A stretch of DNA of 64,000 nt, taken from assembly GCA_964434945.1 (NCBI GenBank), contig CAYSWZ010000221.1, positions 4,485 to 68,484 on the forward strand. Direction: 5' to 3'. The translations under genes were made by a program, and so were the position numbers. This document shows positions 18,692 through 28,060 of this stretch, in pieces (position 1 is the first letter of the stretch; every line of letters begins with the position of its first letter). The stretch comes from an uncultured bacterium. GTDB taxonomy: Bacteria; Eisenbacteria; RBG-16-71-46. The notes below the pieces were generated by a model. That model made no database searches, was not told the DNA's origin, and worked only from the letters and a program-made list of their open reading frames with translations.

Positions 18692-21058
18692 TCACGCCGC
18701 CGCACGCCTCCGCTTCGCGTGGCGCTGGTAGGCATAGGAGACCGCGAGCATCGCCGCCCCTGCGGCGATCGCGATGAGGAATCGCCAGAACACGTCGGCG
18801 GAGGCGAGGTCGTAGAACGCGAACTTGAGGAGCGTCACGCCGATGAGCACGAGACCCGCCCAGCGGAGGAACGCCACCGCGCGAACCCAGCCGAGTGAGA
18901 GGAGCGCCAGTGCCTCGAGGAGCCACGCCGCGCTCGTGAGCGCGGCTCCGAGCGTGCGGACGCGCTCGAGCACGTCGGGCGCGGCGGGGGCCACGCGGTA
19001 GGCGCCCTCCCCTGCGACCCGGAGCAACGTGCGCGCGAGGTGGCCACCCTCGCGCGCGCTCCAGGGGAGGAGCATCACCAGGAGCCCGGCGGTGCACATC
19101 TCGGGCGCGTAGCGTTCCGCGGCCGAGAGCTCGGGGCGACAGGCGCCGATCCGCCACACCATGAAGGCCGCGAGCGCGAGACTGGCGAGGAGGCACCACC
19201 CGGCGGGGTAGAACACCGGCCGCTGATCGCTGCTCCAGCCGTCCAGGAGGCTCAAGCAGCCGACCACGGCGAAGAGCGCGAGCGACGCCAGTGCGTAGGC
19301 GGAGAAGCGCAGGAATCCGCTCCTCGCGCGCGCTCCCATCCACCCGAGCGCGGCGGCCTGCGTGAACCACGCGAACCCGATCGTCGCGGCGAAGAACTGG
19401 CTTTCGCGTACGCCCGGCTCGGGCGCCACGAGCGCATGCGGCTGCCACCAGCGGCCGGCCGGATTCTCCAGCGCGTGCGCCAGCGCGCCGCACCCGCGCC
19501 AGCTCCAGCCGACGAGCATCACGTTCGCGGCCGCGGTCCACAGTTCCGGCGCCCGGCGCTCGAGCGGACCCAGGTGGCCGCGACCGCGGGTGAGGAGCAG
19601 CGCGCCGAGGAGAAGCGCCACGATGATCGTGAGCTCGCGCAGTGCGTCGATGCCGAGGAACGGCAGCGCCCCGACCGTCCCCGGGTTCCACGCGGCGACC
19701 ACGTACGCGACCATCACCGCGACGCCCGCGACCACGTGACCGCAGAGGCGGAGCCAGCCCCCGCGCGGACCCGCGCCGAGGAGGACGAGCAGCACGCCCT
19801 CCACGCACCAGATCATGGCGAGGTTCTCGTCGCCCGTCAGCCGTTGCAGCCCGGCGGTGACGAACACGACCGCCGCCCCGGTGAGCGGGCGCCACAGATC
19901 GCGCTCCTGGCGGCGCGAGTCCACCCAGAGCGCCGCCAGCACCTGCACCACTCCGAGGCCGAGGAGCAACTGCGCCGCGGCGATCCGCGGCGCGAGGACG
20001 AGCCACGCCCACAGGCTGAGGAGGAGTCCGGCCGGGGCCGCCGCGACCACGGCGAGGTCGAGCGGGCGCACGCGCCCTTCCCGGCCGATGAGCCTCGGCA
20101 GCGGGGCGAGCCCGAGCCCGGTGAACAGTGCGACGAGTGCGAGCGTCACAGCCCAGCCCCATGTCCCGTCGGGACAGGCGAGCCGCCAGGTGAGCGCCGT
20201 GAGCGCCAGCGCCGAGAGATCGAGCGCGCTCCAGCCGGCGCGCGCGGTGAGCGCGAACACCAGCAGGTCCACGCACGCCAGGTAGCCGAGCAGCGCTCCG
20301 CGCTCGAGCGAGAAGCCTTCGAGCGGGATCCACGACGCGAGGAGCTGCGGGAGGAACGCCCCCACGACGCCGATCGCGGCGATGCCTTGGACGCCGTAGC
20401 GAAGTCCCGCGCCGATGACGAGGAACGACGTGAGCACGAGGAGCGCGAGAGCCGGCACCATCGGCAGCACGTGCAGCGTGAAGTGCCCGAGGTAGAGCGA
20501 GAGGTAGACCACGCCGAGCCCGACCCCGATGAACGTGTGCCCGAGTCGCGGCAGGCTCCGCGCGAGACGGTCGCCCCGCCAGGCGAAGGCGATTCCGATC
20601 CCGATCCCGGCGCTCACGAGCGCCCCGGCCCCGAAGCGGCCCGTGCTGTAACCCCAGAGGATGAAGAAGAAGACGCCGAGGAGCAGCACCACCGCGCCCG
20701 CGTTCTGGAGCCACACGCTCCCGATCAGGTTCTCGAGCCGTTCGGCCTCGAACGTGGGGTGCGGAGCGGCCGGCGCCGGGCTCGGGCGGACGTGGGTGTG
20801 CGGCTCGTCCCGCGCGCTCGCGGCCGGACGCGCGGGCGGCTCCCGGTGCGTGCCCGCCCCGGTGGGGATCGCGACCTGGCTCGCCGCGGGCGGCGAGTGG
20901 AATCCGGCCGGCGCGCTCCGCGCGGCCGCGGCCTCGACCGCGGCCAACCTCGCGCGGAGCTCGCGCAGCTCACGGCGCGCGCGTCCGATCTGGAAGAGCG
21001 CGACGAACGGCGCGATCAACCACGCGATGCCGAGCAGGACGACGGGCCACCACTCCAT
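18692..21058 (-). CDS. DUF2339-type polytopic membrane protein
   Basis: One N-terminal TM, a coiled RARRELRELRARLAAVEAAA segment and a Pro-rich linker, followed by more than 20 hydrophobic spans. This is the typical DUF2339 layout. Confidence 0.8.
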   Translation of the reverse strand: MEWWPVVLLGIAWLIAPFVALFQIGRARRELRELRARLAAVEAAAARSAPAGFHSPPAASQVAIPTGAGTHREPPARPAASARDEPHTHVRPSPAPAAPHPTFEAERLENLIGSVWLQNAGAVVLLLGVFFFILWGYSTGRFGAGALVSAGIGIGIAFAWRGDRLARSLPRLGHTFIGVGLGVVYLSLYLGHFTLHVLPMVPALALLVLTSFLVIGAGLRYGVQGIAAIGVVGAFLPQLLASWIPLEGFSLERGALLGYLACVDLLVFALTARAGWSALDLSALALTALTWRLACPDGTWGWAVTLALVALFTGLGLAPLPRLIGREGRVRPLDLAVVAAAPAGLLLSLWAWLVLAPRIAAAQLLLGLGVVQVLAALWVDSRRQERDLWRPLTGAAVVFVTAGLQRLTGDENLAMIWCVEGVLLVLLGAGPRGGWLRLCGHVVAGVAVMVAYVVAAWNPGTVGALPFLGIDALRELTIIVALLLGALLLTRGRGHLGPLERRAPELWTAAANVMLVGWSWRGCGALAHALENPAGRWWQPHALVAPEPGVRESQFFAATIGFAWFTQAAALGWMGARARSGFLRFSAYALASLALFAVVGCLSLLDGWSSDQRPVFYPAGWCLLASLALAAFMVWRIGACRPELSAAERYAPEMCTAGLLVMLLPWSAREGGHLARTLLRVAGEGAYRVAPAAPDVLERVRTLGAALTSAAWLLEALALLSLGWVRAVAFLRWAGLVLIGVTLLKFAFYDLASADVFWRFLIAIAAGAAMLAVSYAYQRHAKRRRAAA

Positions 21059-21101
21059 GGTCGGAAGGCCTCCCCGGAGAGGATCGCTGGGCGGCGAAGC
21101 G

Positions 21102-23777
21102 CTACCTGAGAATCGCGGCGCGTACGCTCAGCACGCCGTCCGCGCGCACGAGCCGCACGAGGTATACCCCCGGCGCGAGCCGCGTGTCCCGGCCGAGGCG
21201 CAACTGGTGCACGCCGGCCCCGCGCGAACCCACTTCGTGCGATTCCACGCGGCGCCCCGAGACGTCCAGGAGCTCCAGGCGGGCGGGCGCCGAGCTGTCG
21301 AGCGAGAACGGCACGAGGAGGTCGCCCCGGCCCGGGTTCGGGCTCGGCGCGTGCAGCGCGAACGTGCCCAGCGCCGGCACGTGCACGCTCGTCTCGCCCA
21401 GCACCTCGCTGCCACTCGCGCGCGGGATCCGCAGGCGGTAATCGTAATCGGCGCCGGGAGTGACGGCACGGTCGGTGAAGCTGATGTAGCCGCGCCCGTC
21501 CGGGCTCGCGCCCGCGAGCGTCGTCCACGCGCCGCCGGCCGCCCGGCGCTCGATGTGGACGAGCATGCTCGCGAGGGACGGCGCGTACCACCGCAACTCC
21601 ACCGCATCCGGGCGTGCGGACAGGCTCACCAGCGAGGCCTCGATCCCGGTCGCGACATCGGCGAACTCGACGATCGAGGCCTGCGGATAGGCGCCGGCGC
21701 GGCTGAACACCCCGCCCACGAAGACCGTGGAGAGCCCCGGCTCGATCGCGGCGACCACGCCCGGCACGTCGCCGTGCCAGGCGGAGACGGCTCCGGACGG
21801 CAGGTGCACGGCCGCGTTGGTCGTGCGCGGCACACCGCCGATCTGCGTGAAGCTTCCGCCCAGGTAGAGATCCCCGCTCAGCGTGTTCAGGACCCCGACG
21901 CTTCCGATCACGTCGGCCTGGAACGACGTCGCGGCACCGGTGTTGACGTCGATCCCCGCGAGTCCCTTGCGCGGCTGGCCCGCCCCGACCCCGATGGTAT
22001 CGAAGGCGCCCGCCACGTAGAGGACGGAGCCATCGAGTGCGATCGCGGTGAGCACGGTGTTCGTCCGCGCGGGATCCCACGAGTTGGCGACGCCGGTGGA
22101 CGCGTCCAGCGCGGCGAGCCCCCCGCGCCCGGCCCCGCCGATGTTGAAGAACGAGCCGCCCGCGTAGACGGTGGAGCCGCTGACCGCGAGGGCGGAGATC
22201 GTCCCGTCCGCGTGCGGATCGAACGCCAGCGGGACGCCCGAACTGGTGTCGAGCGCGGCACCTCCCCCGCGGAGCGCGCCGCAGATGCTGGTGAAATCGC
22301 CGCACGCCCACAGGAGCCCGTTCGCCGCGGTCAGCGACCGGACGCTCCCAGTCACGCCCTCCGCCCACGGGAGCGCCAGGCCGGAGGCGCGGTCGAGCGC
22401 GGCGATCTGCGCGCGGGGCTGTCCGCCCGCGTGCGTGAAGCCACCCGACACGTACACCTTGCCGCCGGCCGCCTCGAGCGCGACCACGGGTGCGTCCGCA
22501 CCCGGATCCCAGCCGGTGACCTGTCCATTGTTCGCGTCGATCGCGGCGAGGTTCGTGCGTGGCACACCCCCCACGAGCACGAAGTCCCCCCCGAGAAACA
22601 CGCTGCCGCCCGAGACCGCCAGCACGCGCACCTGCTGGCTGGGGCCGGGATCCCACGCGAGCGCGCTTCCGGTCATCGAATCGACCAGCGCGGCGCAGGA
22701 ACGGGGATCGGCGCTCACGGAAGGAAACGAGCCGCCGAGATAGAGGCCGTTCGAGGTGGGCACGATCGAGAGCACGCGGTTGGTGATGATCGGCGCGAAC
22801 CCGAACGCGGGCATCGCCGTCGTGCCGTCCACCCTCGCGAGGCCGAAGTGGGCCTCGCCCGTGACCGACGTGAACTCGCCGCCCAGGTAGACGTGCGAGC
22901 CGGAGACGGCGAGCGAGTAGACGCTGCCGTCCGGATCCGGCTGCCACGAGGAAGCCAGCCCGCTCGCGAGGTCGAGCGCGGCGGCGTTGGCCCGGGCCTG
23001 CCCGCCGGCCGTCGAGAAACTGCCGCCGACATAGAGGTTCGCTCCCTTCGCCACCATGCACATCACCGCGCCGCCCACGTTTCCGTCCCATCCCGTGAGC
23101 GCCCCGGTCGTGGTGGCGAACGCGGCGACGTCGTTCCGCGGCTGCCCGGCGAGTTGCGTGAAGACGCCGCCCACGAGCAGCGTCATGTCCACGACGGCGA
23201 GGCAGTTGACCGCGCCGTCCGGGTCGGGCGCCCAGCCCGTCGGCACGCCGGTCGTGGCGTCGACCGCGGCGAGACCGTTCCGGGGCAGGCCGCCGACGCT
23301 GTTGAACTCCCCGCCCACGTAGATCGTGCCGCCGAACTGGAGGAGCGCGTGCACCGTGCTCGCGGCGGAAGGGTCCCACGCGTCGAGCGAACCGTCCGCA
23401 TGGATGCGCGCGAGATTCGAGCGCGCGACGCCGTTGACGGCGCTGAAGCTTCCCCCGAGGTACCAGCCCCCGGACCCGTCCGGGATCGCGCTCCAGACCT
23501 GCCCCGCCACGCGCACGAGGCTCGCTACCAGCGCGCCGGTGGCGGCATCCACGGCCGCGAATCCGCCGCTCGGCGTGCCGACCTGCTTGAAATAGCCGCC
23601 GAGGTAGAGCGTCCCGTCGAGGAACGACACGGAGGTGACGTAGCCATCGGTCACGGGGAAGTCGACGCGAGCGACCTGCCCGCGGGCTTCGCCCGCGAGC
23701 AGGAGCGGGAGCGCGAGCGGTGCAAGCGGTGCGAGCGCAGCCCGGAAAAGGCCCCGAGCCATGCCATCCATGGTCAT
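21102..23777 (-). CDS. Exported 14-repeat beta-propeller protein (delta-60-like repeats), Fn3-like domain and FlgD-Ig/T9SS-like C-terminal tail
   Basis: Signal peptide ...LAPLALPLLLAGEARGQ. Fourteen repeats of about 48 aa are seeded by [LVIW][YFLW][LV]GG.F (LYLGGYF, WYLGGSF, IYVGGEF, ... VFVGGVF). Tail: PNPGRGDLLVPFSLDSSAPARLELLDVSGRRV...GVYLVRLVRADG. Confidence 0.85.
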   Translation of the reverse strand: MTMDGMARGLFRAALAPLAPLALPLLLAGEARGQVARVDFPVTDGYVTSVSFLDGTLYLGGYFKQVGTPSGGFAAVDAATGALVASLVRVAGQVWSAIPDGSGGWYLGGSFSAVNGVARSNLARIHADGSLDAWDPSAASTVHALLQFGGTIYVGGEFNSVGGLPRNGLAAVDATTGVPTGWAPDPDGAVNCLAVVDMTLLVGGVFTQLAGQPRNDVAAFATTTGALTGWDGNVGGAVMCMVAKGANLYVGGSFSTAGGQARANAAALDLASGLASSWQPDPDGSVYSLAVSGSHVYLGGEFTSVTGEAHFGLARVDGTTAMPAFGFAPIITNRVLSIVPTSNGLYLGGSFPSVSADPRSCAALVDSMTGSALAWDPGPSQQVRVLAVSGGSVFLGGDFVLVGGVPRTNLAAIDANNGQVTGWDPGADAPVVALEAAGGKVYVSGGFTHAGGQPRAQIAALDRASGLALPWAEGVTGSVRSLTAANGLLWACGDFTSICGALRGGGAALDTSSGVPLAFDPHADGTISALAVSGSTVYAGGSFFNIGGAGRGGLAALDASTGVANSWDPARTNTVLTAIALDGSVLYVAGAFDTIGVGAGQPRKGLAGIDVNTGAATSFQADVIGSVGVLNTLSGDLYLGGSFTQIGGVPRTTNAAVHLPSGAVSAWHGDVPGVVAAIEPGLSTVFVGGVFSRAGAYPQASIVEFADVATGIEASLVSLSARPDAVELRWYAPSLASMLVHIERRAAGGAWTTLAGASPDGRGYISFTDRAVTPGADYDYRLRIPRASGSEVLGETSVHVPALGTFALHAPSPNPGRGDLLVPFSLDSSAPARLELLDVSGRRVESHEVGSRGAGVHQLRLGRDTRLAPGVYLVRLVRADGVLSVRAAILR
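21680..23615 (-). repeat. Coding tandem repeats (14 units of about 144 nt) inside the propeller gene
   Basis: Periodic protein motif YxGGxF...GG.PR..LAA.D..TG....W.P..DG.V.AL. Boundaries are approximate. Confidence 0.7.
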
Positions 23778-23938
23778 GGACGCAGGCTATCCCGCCGGGG
23801 CCTGCGCGTCCAAGGGGTCGGTTGGGAGTGGTCGATCGGGAGCCTCGGTCGCCTGTATGCAGCGCCTCGCCACGGAGGCCGCCGGCCCGGCTCGCGCCTG
23901 CCGCAGCGTGATAGTTTCACCCCGGACCGGAGGCTCCC

Positions 23939-24742
23939 ATGCCGCGCCGCATCATCACGTTTCTCTCCGACTTCGGCGATGCCGACTGGTTCGTGGGCGT
24001 CGTGCACGGCGTGCTGCACGCCCTCGCACCCGATGCGCACGTCGTGGACCTCGCCCACTCGGTGCCCCCGGGCAACATCGCACGTGCCGCGTTCATGCTC
24101 GAGGCCGCGGCAGGGGACTTCCCCGCGGGCACCGTGCACCTGGCCGTCGTGGACCCCGGCGTCGGCACCGGCCGCCGCGCGCTCGCGGTGGCGGCGCACG
24201 GCCACGGCTTCGTGGGCCCGGACAACGGGGTCCTGGAATGGGCGCTCGGTGCGCCGGGCGCGGAGGTGCGCGCGCTCACCGAGGAGCGGTTCTTCCGCGC
24301 TCCCGTGAGCCGCACGTTCCATGGCCGCGACGTGTTCGCGCCGGTTGCCGCCGCGCTCGCGCGGGGGGAGAAGCTGGCGGCATTCGGTCCGCCCGTGACC
24401 GACCCGGTCCGGCTGCCGGCGCACGACCCGGTCCGGCGCGGCGACGCCCTCGTCGGCCGCGTCGTGTTCCTCGACCGCTTCGGCAATGCGCTCACCAATC
24501 TCACCGCCCGGGCCCTCACCCAGGCGTTCGGTTCCGACGCTGACGATGCGGGCTTCCTCGTCAGCGTGCTCGACCGGCGCATCTCCGGGCTGGCGCGCTC
24601 GTACGGCGACGCACCCGTGGGCGCGCTCGTCGCGATCGTCGGGTCGAGCGGGCGGCTGGAGATCGCACAGGTCGGCGGCGCGGCCACGATGCGCCTCGGG
24701 CTCGGCGAGGGCGACGCGGTGGAAGTGCGCCGGCGGGCGTGA
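23939..24742 (+). CDS. SAM hydrolase / SAM-dependent halogenase family protein (DUF62)
   Basis: ITFLSDFGDADWFVG, AVVDPGVGT, FVGPDNGVL, RTFHGRDVFAPVAA and VFLDRFGNALTN are family hallmarks. RBS GGAGG. Confidence 0.9.
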   Translation: MPRRIITFLSDFGDADWFVGVVHGVLHALAPDAHVVDLAHSVPPGNIARAAFMLEAAAGDFPAGTVHLAVVDPGVGTGRRALAVAAHGHGFVGPDNGVLEWALGAPGAEVRALTEERFFRAPVSRTFHGRDVFAPVAAALARGEKLAAFGPPVTDPVRLPAHDPVRRGDALVGRVVFLDRFGNALTNLTARALTQAFGSDADDAGFLVSVLDRRISGLARSYGDAPVGALVAIVGSSGRLEIAQVGGAATMRLGLGEGDAVEVRRRA

Positions 24743-24818
24743 AGGCGGCGGCGGCCGGCAGCGCGCGGTGCAGGTGCCCCGGGCTTCGCGTATCCTCGCC
24801 CGCTTCCGGAGGGAGCCC

Positions 24819-26981
24819 ATGCCGCGCACCTGGCGCACGATGCTCCGAGCGCTCGCGATCCAGTGGTTCACGATCCTGTGGGGGATGTCGTCGATGATCG
24901 GGCCCGTTTCCGCAGCCGACCCCGCGGCCGCTCCCCGGCCGCCCGTCGCCGAGAAGCATCCGCGCGAGTTCACGCTGCACGGCGAGCACATCACCGACGA
25001 CTACGCCTGGCTGCGCGACAAGCAGGATCCTCGGGTCATTCGCTACCTCGAGGCGGAGAACGCGTACACCGACTCGCTCACGCGCGAGCAGCAGCCCCTG
25101 CGCGAGCACCTCTACGCCGAGATGCTGGCGCGCATCCAGCAGACCGACCTGACGGTGCCGTACCGGAAGGGCGGCTGGCTCTACTACTCGCGCACGGAGG
25201 AGGGCAAGCAGTACCCGCTCTACTGCCGGAAGCACGGGGACGAGTCCGCGCCCGAGGAGCTGATGCTGGACCTGAACCGCCTCGCCGAGGGTCACACCTA
25301 CATGGCGCTCGGCGACCTCGAGGTGAGTCCGGACGAGCGGCTGCTCGCCTACACCACCGACGACAACGGCTACCGGCAATACCGGCTGCACGTGAAGGAC
25401 CTCGCCACGGGCGACACGCTCGCGGTGACCGACGAACGCGTCACGAGCCTGGCGTGGACCGCCGACAGTCGCGCGCTCTTCTACACCCAGGAGGACGCGG
25501 TCTCCAAGCGCAGCAACCGCCTCGTCGTGCACGAGCTGTCCCAACCGAACCCGGTCGCGCAGGACGAGGAACGCGACGAGCGCTTCAACGTCTCGGTGGA
25601 GCTGTCGCGGAGCGGGGAGTGGCTCTTCTACACGATCGCGAGCCACACCACGTCGGAGGTCCGGGTGCTGCGCGCGGACCAGCCGACGGGCCAGTGGGTC
25701 ACGATCGCGCCGCGGCGGCAGGACCGCGAGTACTACGTCGACCACCGGCGCGGGGAGTTCTGGATCCGCGTCAACGACAGGGGCCGGAACTTCCGGCTCG
25801 TCACCACGCCCGTCGGGACGCCGGATTCCTCGCACTGGACGGAGGTGCTGCCGCAGCGGGACGACGTGATGCTGTCCCGGGTGGAGTGCTTCGCGCACCA
25901 CGTCGTGCTCACCGAGCGCGAGCACGCGCTGCCGCAGATCACCGTGCTCGAGCCGGAGAAGCACCGCACGCGCCGCGTGGCGTTCCCCGAAGTGGCCTAC
26001 ACGGTCGGCCCGGCGACGAACGCCGAGTACGACCCGCGGGCGTTCCGCTACGCCTACCAGTCGTTCCTCACGCCGCCGAGCGTGTACGACCTGGACCTGG
26101 AAACGCTCGACTCGAAGCTGCTGAAGCGCACCGCGGTGCTCGGCGGCTGGGACCCCGCCCACTACACCGTGGAACGCACACACGCCACCGCCTCGGACGG
26201 CACGCGGATCCCGGTCACGCTCCTCTACCGGAAGGGCTTCCACCGCGACGGTCGCGCGCCTTGCCTGCTCTACGCGTACGGCTCGTACGGCATCCCGAGC
26301 AACGTCACGTTCAGCTCCTCGCGCTTCAGCCTGGTGGACCGCGGCGTCGTTTACGCGCTGGCGCACGTCCGCGGCGGCGGCGATCTCGGCAAACCGTGGC
26401 ACGACGCCGGTCGCATGAAGCTCAAGATGAACACGTTCACCGACTTCATCGCGTGCGGCGAGTTCCTGAAGCGCGAGAAGTACTGTGCGCCGGACCGGCT
26501 GGTGATCCAGGGTGGCAGCGCCGGCGGGCTGCTGGTGGGAGCGGTCACGAACCTGCGCCCGGACCTGTGGACCGGTGTGCTGGCGCAGGTGCCGTTCGTG
26601 GACGTGATCAACACCATGCTCGACGAGTCGCTCCCGCTCACCGTGGGCGAGTTCGAGGAGTGGGGCAATCCCAAGCTGGACGCGGACTACGCCGTCATGC
26701 GCACGTACTCGCCGTACGACAACCTGGCCGCACGCCCCTACCCGGCGCTGCTCGTGAAGACGAGCCTCAACGACAGCCAGGTGGGATTCTGGGAGCCCGC
26801 CAAGTACGTGGCCCGGCTGCGCACGCTCGACACCGGTACGAAGCCGGTGCTGTTCAAGTGCAACATGGGCGCCGGCCACGGCGGCGCGAGCGGGCGTTAC
26901 GACGCGTTGCACGAAGTGGCGTTCGACTATGCGTGGGTGCTGGAGACGCTGGGCGTCGCGGACGCAAAGCCGCTACCCTGA
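24819..26981 (+). CDS. ptrB: Oligopeptidase B (S9A prolyl oligopeptidase family)
   Basis: ATG 24819 preceded by GGAGGGAG. A signal-like N-terminus, then DDYAWLRDKQDPRVIRYLEAENAYT. Catalytic Ser motif GGSAGGLL; C-terminal GAGHGG. Confidence 0.92.
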   Translation: MPRTWRTMLRALAIQWFTILWGMSSMIGPVSAADPAAAPRPPVAEKHPREFTLHGEHITDDYAWLRDKQDPRVIRYLEAENAYTDSLTREQQPLREHLYAEMLARIQQTDLTVPYRKGGWLYYSRTEEGKQYPLYCRKHGDESAPEELMLDLNRLAEGHTYMALGDLEVSPDERLLAYTTDDNGYRQYRLHVKDLATGDTLAVTDERVTSLAWTADSRALFYTQEDAVSKRSNRLVVHELSQPNPVAQDEERDERFNVSVELSRSGEWLFYTIASHTTSEVRVLRADQPTGQWVTIAPRRQDREYYVDHRRGEFWIRVNDRGRNFRLVTTPVGTPDSSHWTEVLPQRDDVMLSRVECFAHHVVLTEREHALPQITVLEPEKHRTRRVAFPEVAYTVGPATNAEYDPRAFRYAYQSFLTPPSVYDLDLETLDSKLLKRTAVLGGWDPAHYTVERTHATASDGTRIPVTLLYRKGFHRDGRAPCLLYAYGSYGIPSNVTFSSSRFSLVDRGVVYALAHVRGGGDLGKPWHDAGRMKLKMNTFTDFIACGEFLKREKYCAPDRLVIQGGSAGGLLVGAVTNLRPDLWTGVLAQVPFVDVINTMLDESLPLTVGEFEEWGNPKLDADYAVMRTYSPYDNLAARPYPALLVKTSLNDSQVGFWEPAKYVARLRTLDTGTKPVLFKCNMGAGHGGASGRYDALHEVAFDYAWVLETLGVADAKPLP

Positions 26982-27001
26982 GCGCCGGCCCTGGAGGTTC
27001 G

Positions 27002-27427
27002 ATGCCCCCGACCGATCTCGAGCTGTTCGACGCGAGCCTGACGCGCTGCTACGCGAATCCCCGTTTCCTGGAGCGCTTCTACGAGCGGTTCCTCGAATCG
27101 TCGCCCGCGGCGCGCGCGAAGTTCGCGCAGACGGACCTGGAGCAGCAGCGCCGCATGCTGAAGGCGTCGCTCGTGCTCATGATGCTCGGCGCAGGCGGAA
27201 AGCAGGAGGGCAAGACCCACATGGAGCGGATCGCCGGCGTCCACGGCAAGGCGGAGCTCGACATCCCGCCCCCCCTCTACGACGTGTGGCTCGACTGCCT
27301 GCTCGCGACGGTGGGCGAGTTCGACCCGCAGAGCGACGAGGCACTGCTCCAGACCTGGCGCCGAGTGCTCGCGCCCGGTATCGCGTTCATGAAGTCGCGC
27401 TACGACGAGCGCCGGCCCGCGAGCTGA
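27002..27427 (+). CDS. Single-domain globin-like protein (sensor-globin type)
   Basis: 141 aa; FYERFLESSPAARAKF...MERIAGVHGKAELDIPPPLYDVWLDCLL matches the globin-coupled-sensor-type helix pattern with a candidate proximal His. RBS GGAGG 5 nt upstream. Confidence 0.7.
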   Translation: MPPTDLELFDASLTRCYANPRFLERFYERFLESSPAARAKFAQTDLEQQRRMLKASLVLMMLGAGGKQEGKTHMERIAGVHGKAELDIPPPLYDVWLDCLLATVGEFDPQSDEALLQTWRRVLAPGIAFMKSRYDERRPAS

Positions 27428-27452
27428 GCCGGCGGAACCCGGACGCCACCCG

Positions 27453-27992
27453 TCAGCGGCGCTTCGCGGCCACCCGCGGACCCAGCTTCGCGAGTGCGCC
27501 CAGGTCGAGCACGCCCTTGGCGCCCCAGCCGCGGGTGCCCGCCGGGATCTCGGGGCGGAAGCGCTCGTAGAGCGAGTAGGCGCTCGCCGCGAGCTCGGCC
27601 GGCGGGAAGCGCGCCGCCAGGGCCTTCATCGCGGAGCGCGCGCCGTCCAGCGACTCGCCGAACTTGCCCGCAAGGTAGCGCTCCACCGCGTCCGCCGACT
27701 CGGGCTTCCCGTCCTTCGCCGCGCGGATCCCGCGCGGCGTCCGCACCACCGGCACGGCCCGGCCGAGCAGGGCGATCGTCTGGGCCTCGCCCGCCGGGCG
27801 CCTGCGCGAAGCTTCGCCGGCCGGCTTGGGCTCGCGCAGGCCCAGGTGCACCGCCTTTGCCTGCGCGTTCATCCCGGCCACCGCACGCCCGAGCGTGAGC
27901 GCCTCGTCGCGCGAGTAGCCGAGCCGCTCGGCGACCACCGCGGCCCACAGCGTGAGCACCGGAGCGCGGTTGATGGTGATGCTGCCGGTCAT
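27453..27992 (-). CDS. Conserved-looking hypothetical protein (179 aa)
   Basis: ATG 27992; MTGSITINRAPVLTLWAAVVAERLGYSRDEALTLGRAVAGMNAQAKAVHLGL... is globular-looking. No family recognised. The upstream part of the track ORF is junk. Confidence 0.6.
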   Translation of the reverse strand: MTGSITINRAPVLTLWAAVVAERLGYSRDEALTLGRAVAGMNAQAKAVHLGLREPKPAGEASRRRPAGEAQTIALLGRAVPVVRTPRGIRAAKDGKPESADAVERYLAGKFGESLDGARSAMKALAARFPPAELAASAYSLYERFRPEIPAGTRGWGAKGVLDLGALAKLGPRVAAKRR

Positions 27993-28060
27993 GTGCGGTC
28001 CACCGGTGGTTCGGCAGCCGGGCCACGCGGCGGGAACCGCGCGGCCCGGGCTCCGCTGCC

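Noticed and set aside
20661-24308. Very long plus-strand ORF (1215 aa), together with similar giants at 120..2336, 9758..11251, 19040..21109, 24561..26912 and 51355..53502.
   Set aside because: All lie antisense to genes with clear family signatures. Their translations are Arg/Ala/Gly/Pro-rich low-complexity strings with no motifs. This is typical stop-codon depletion in 70% GC DNA.
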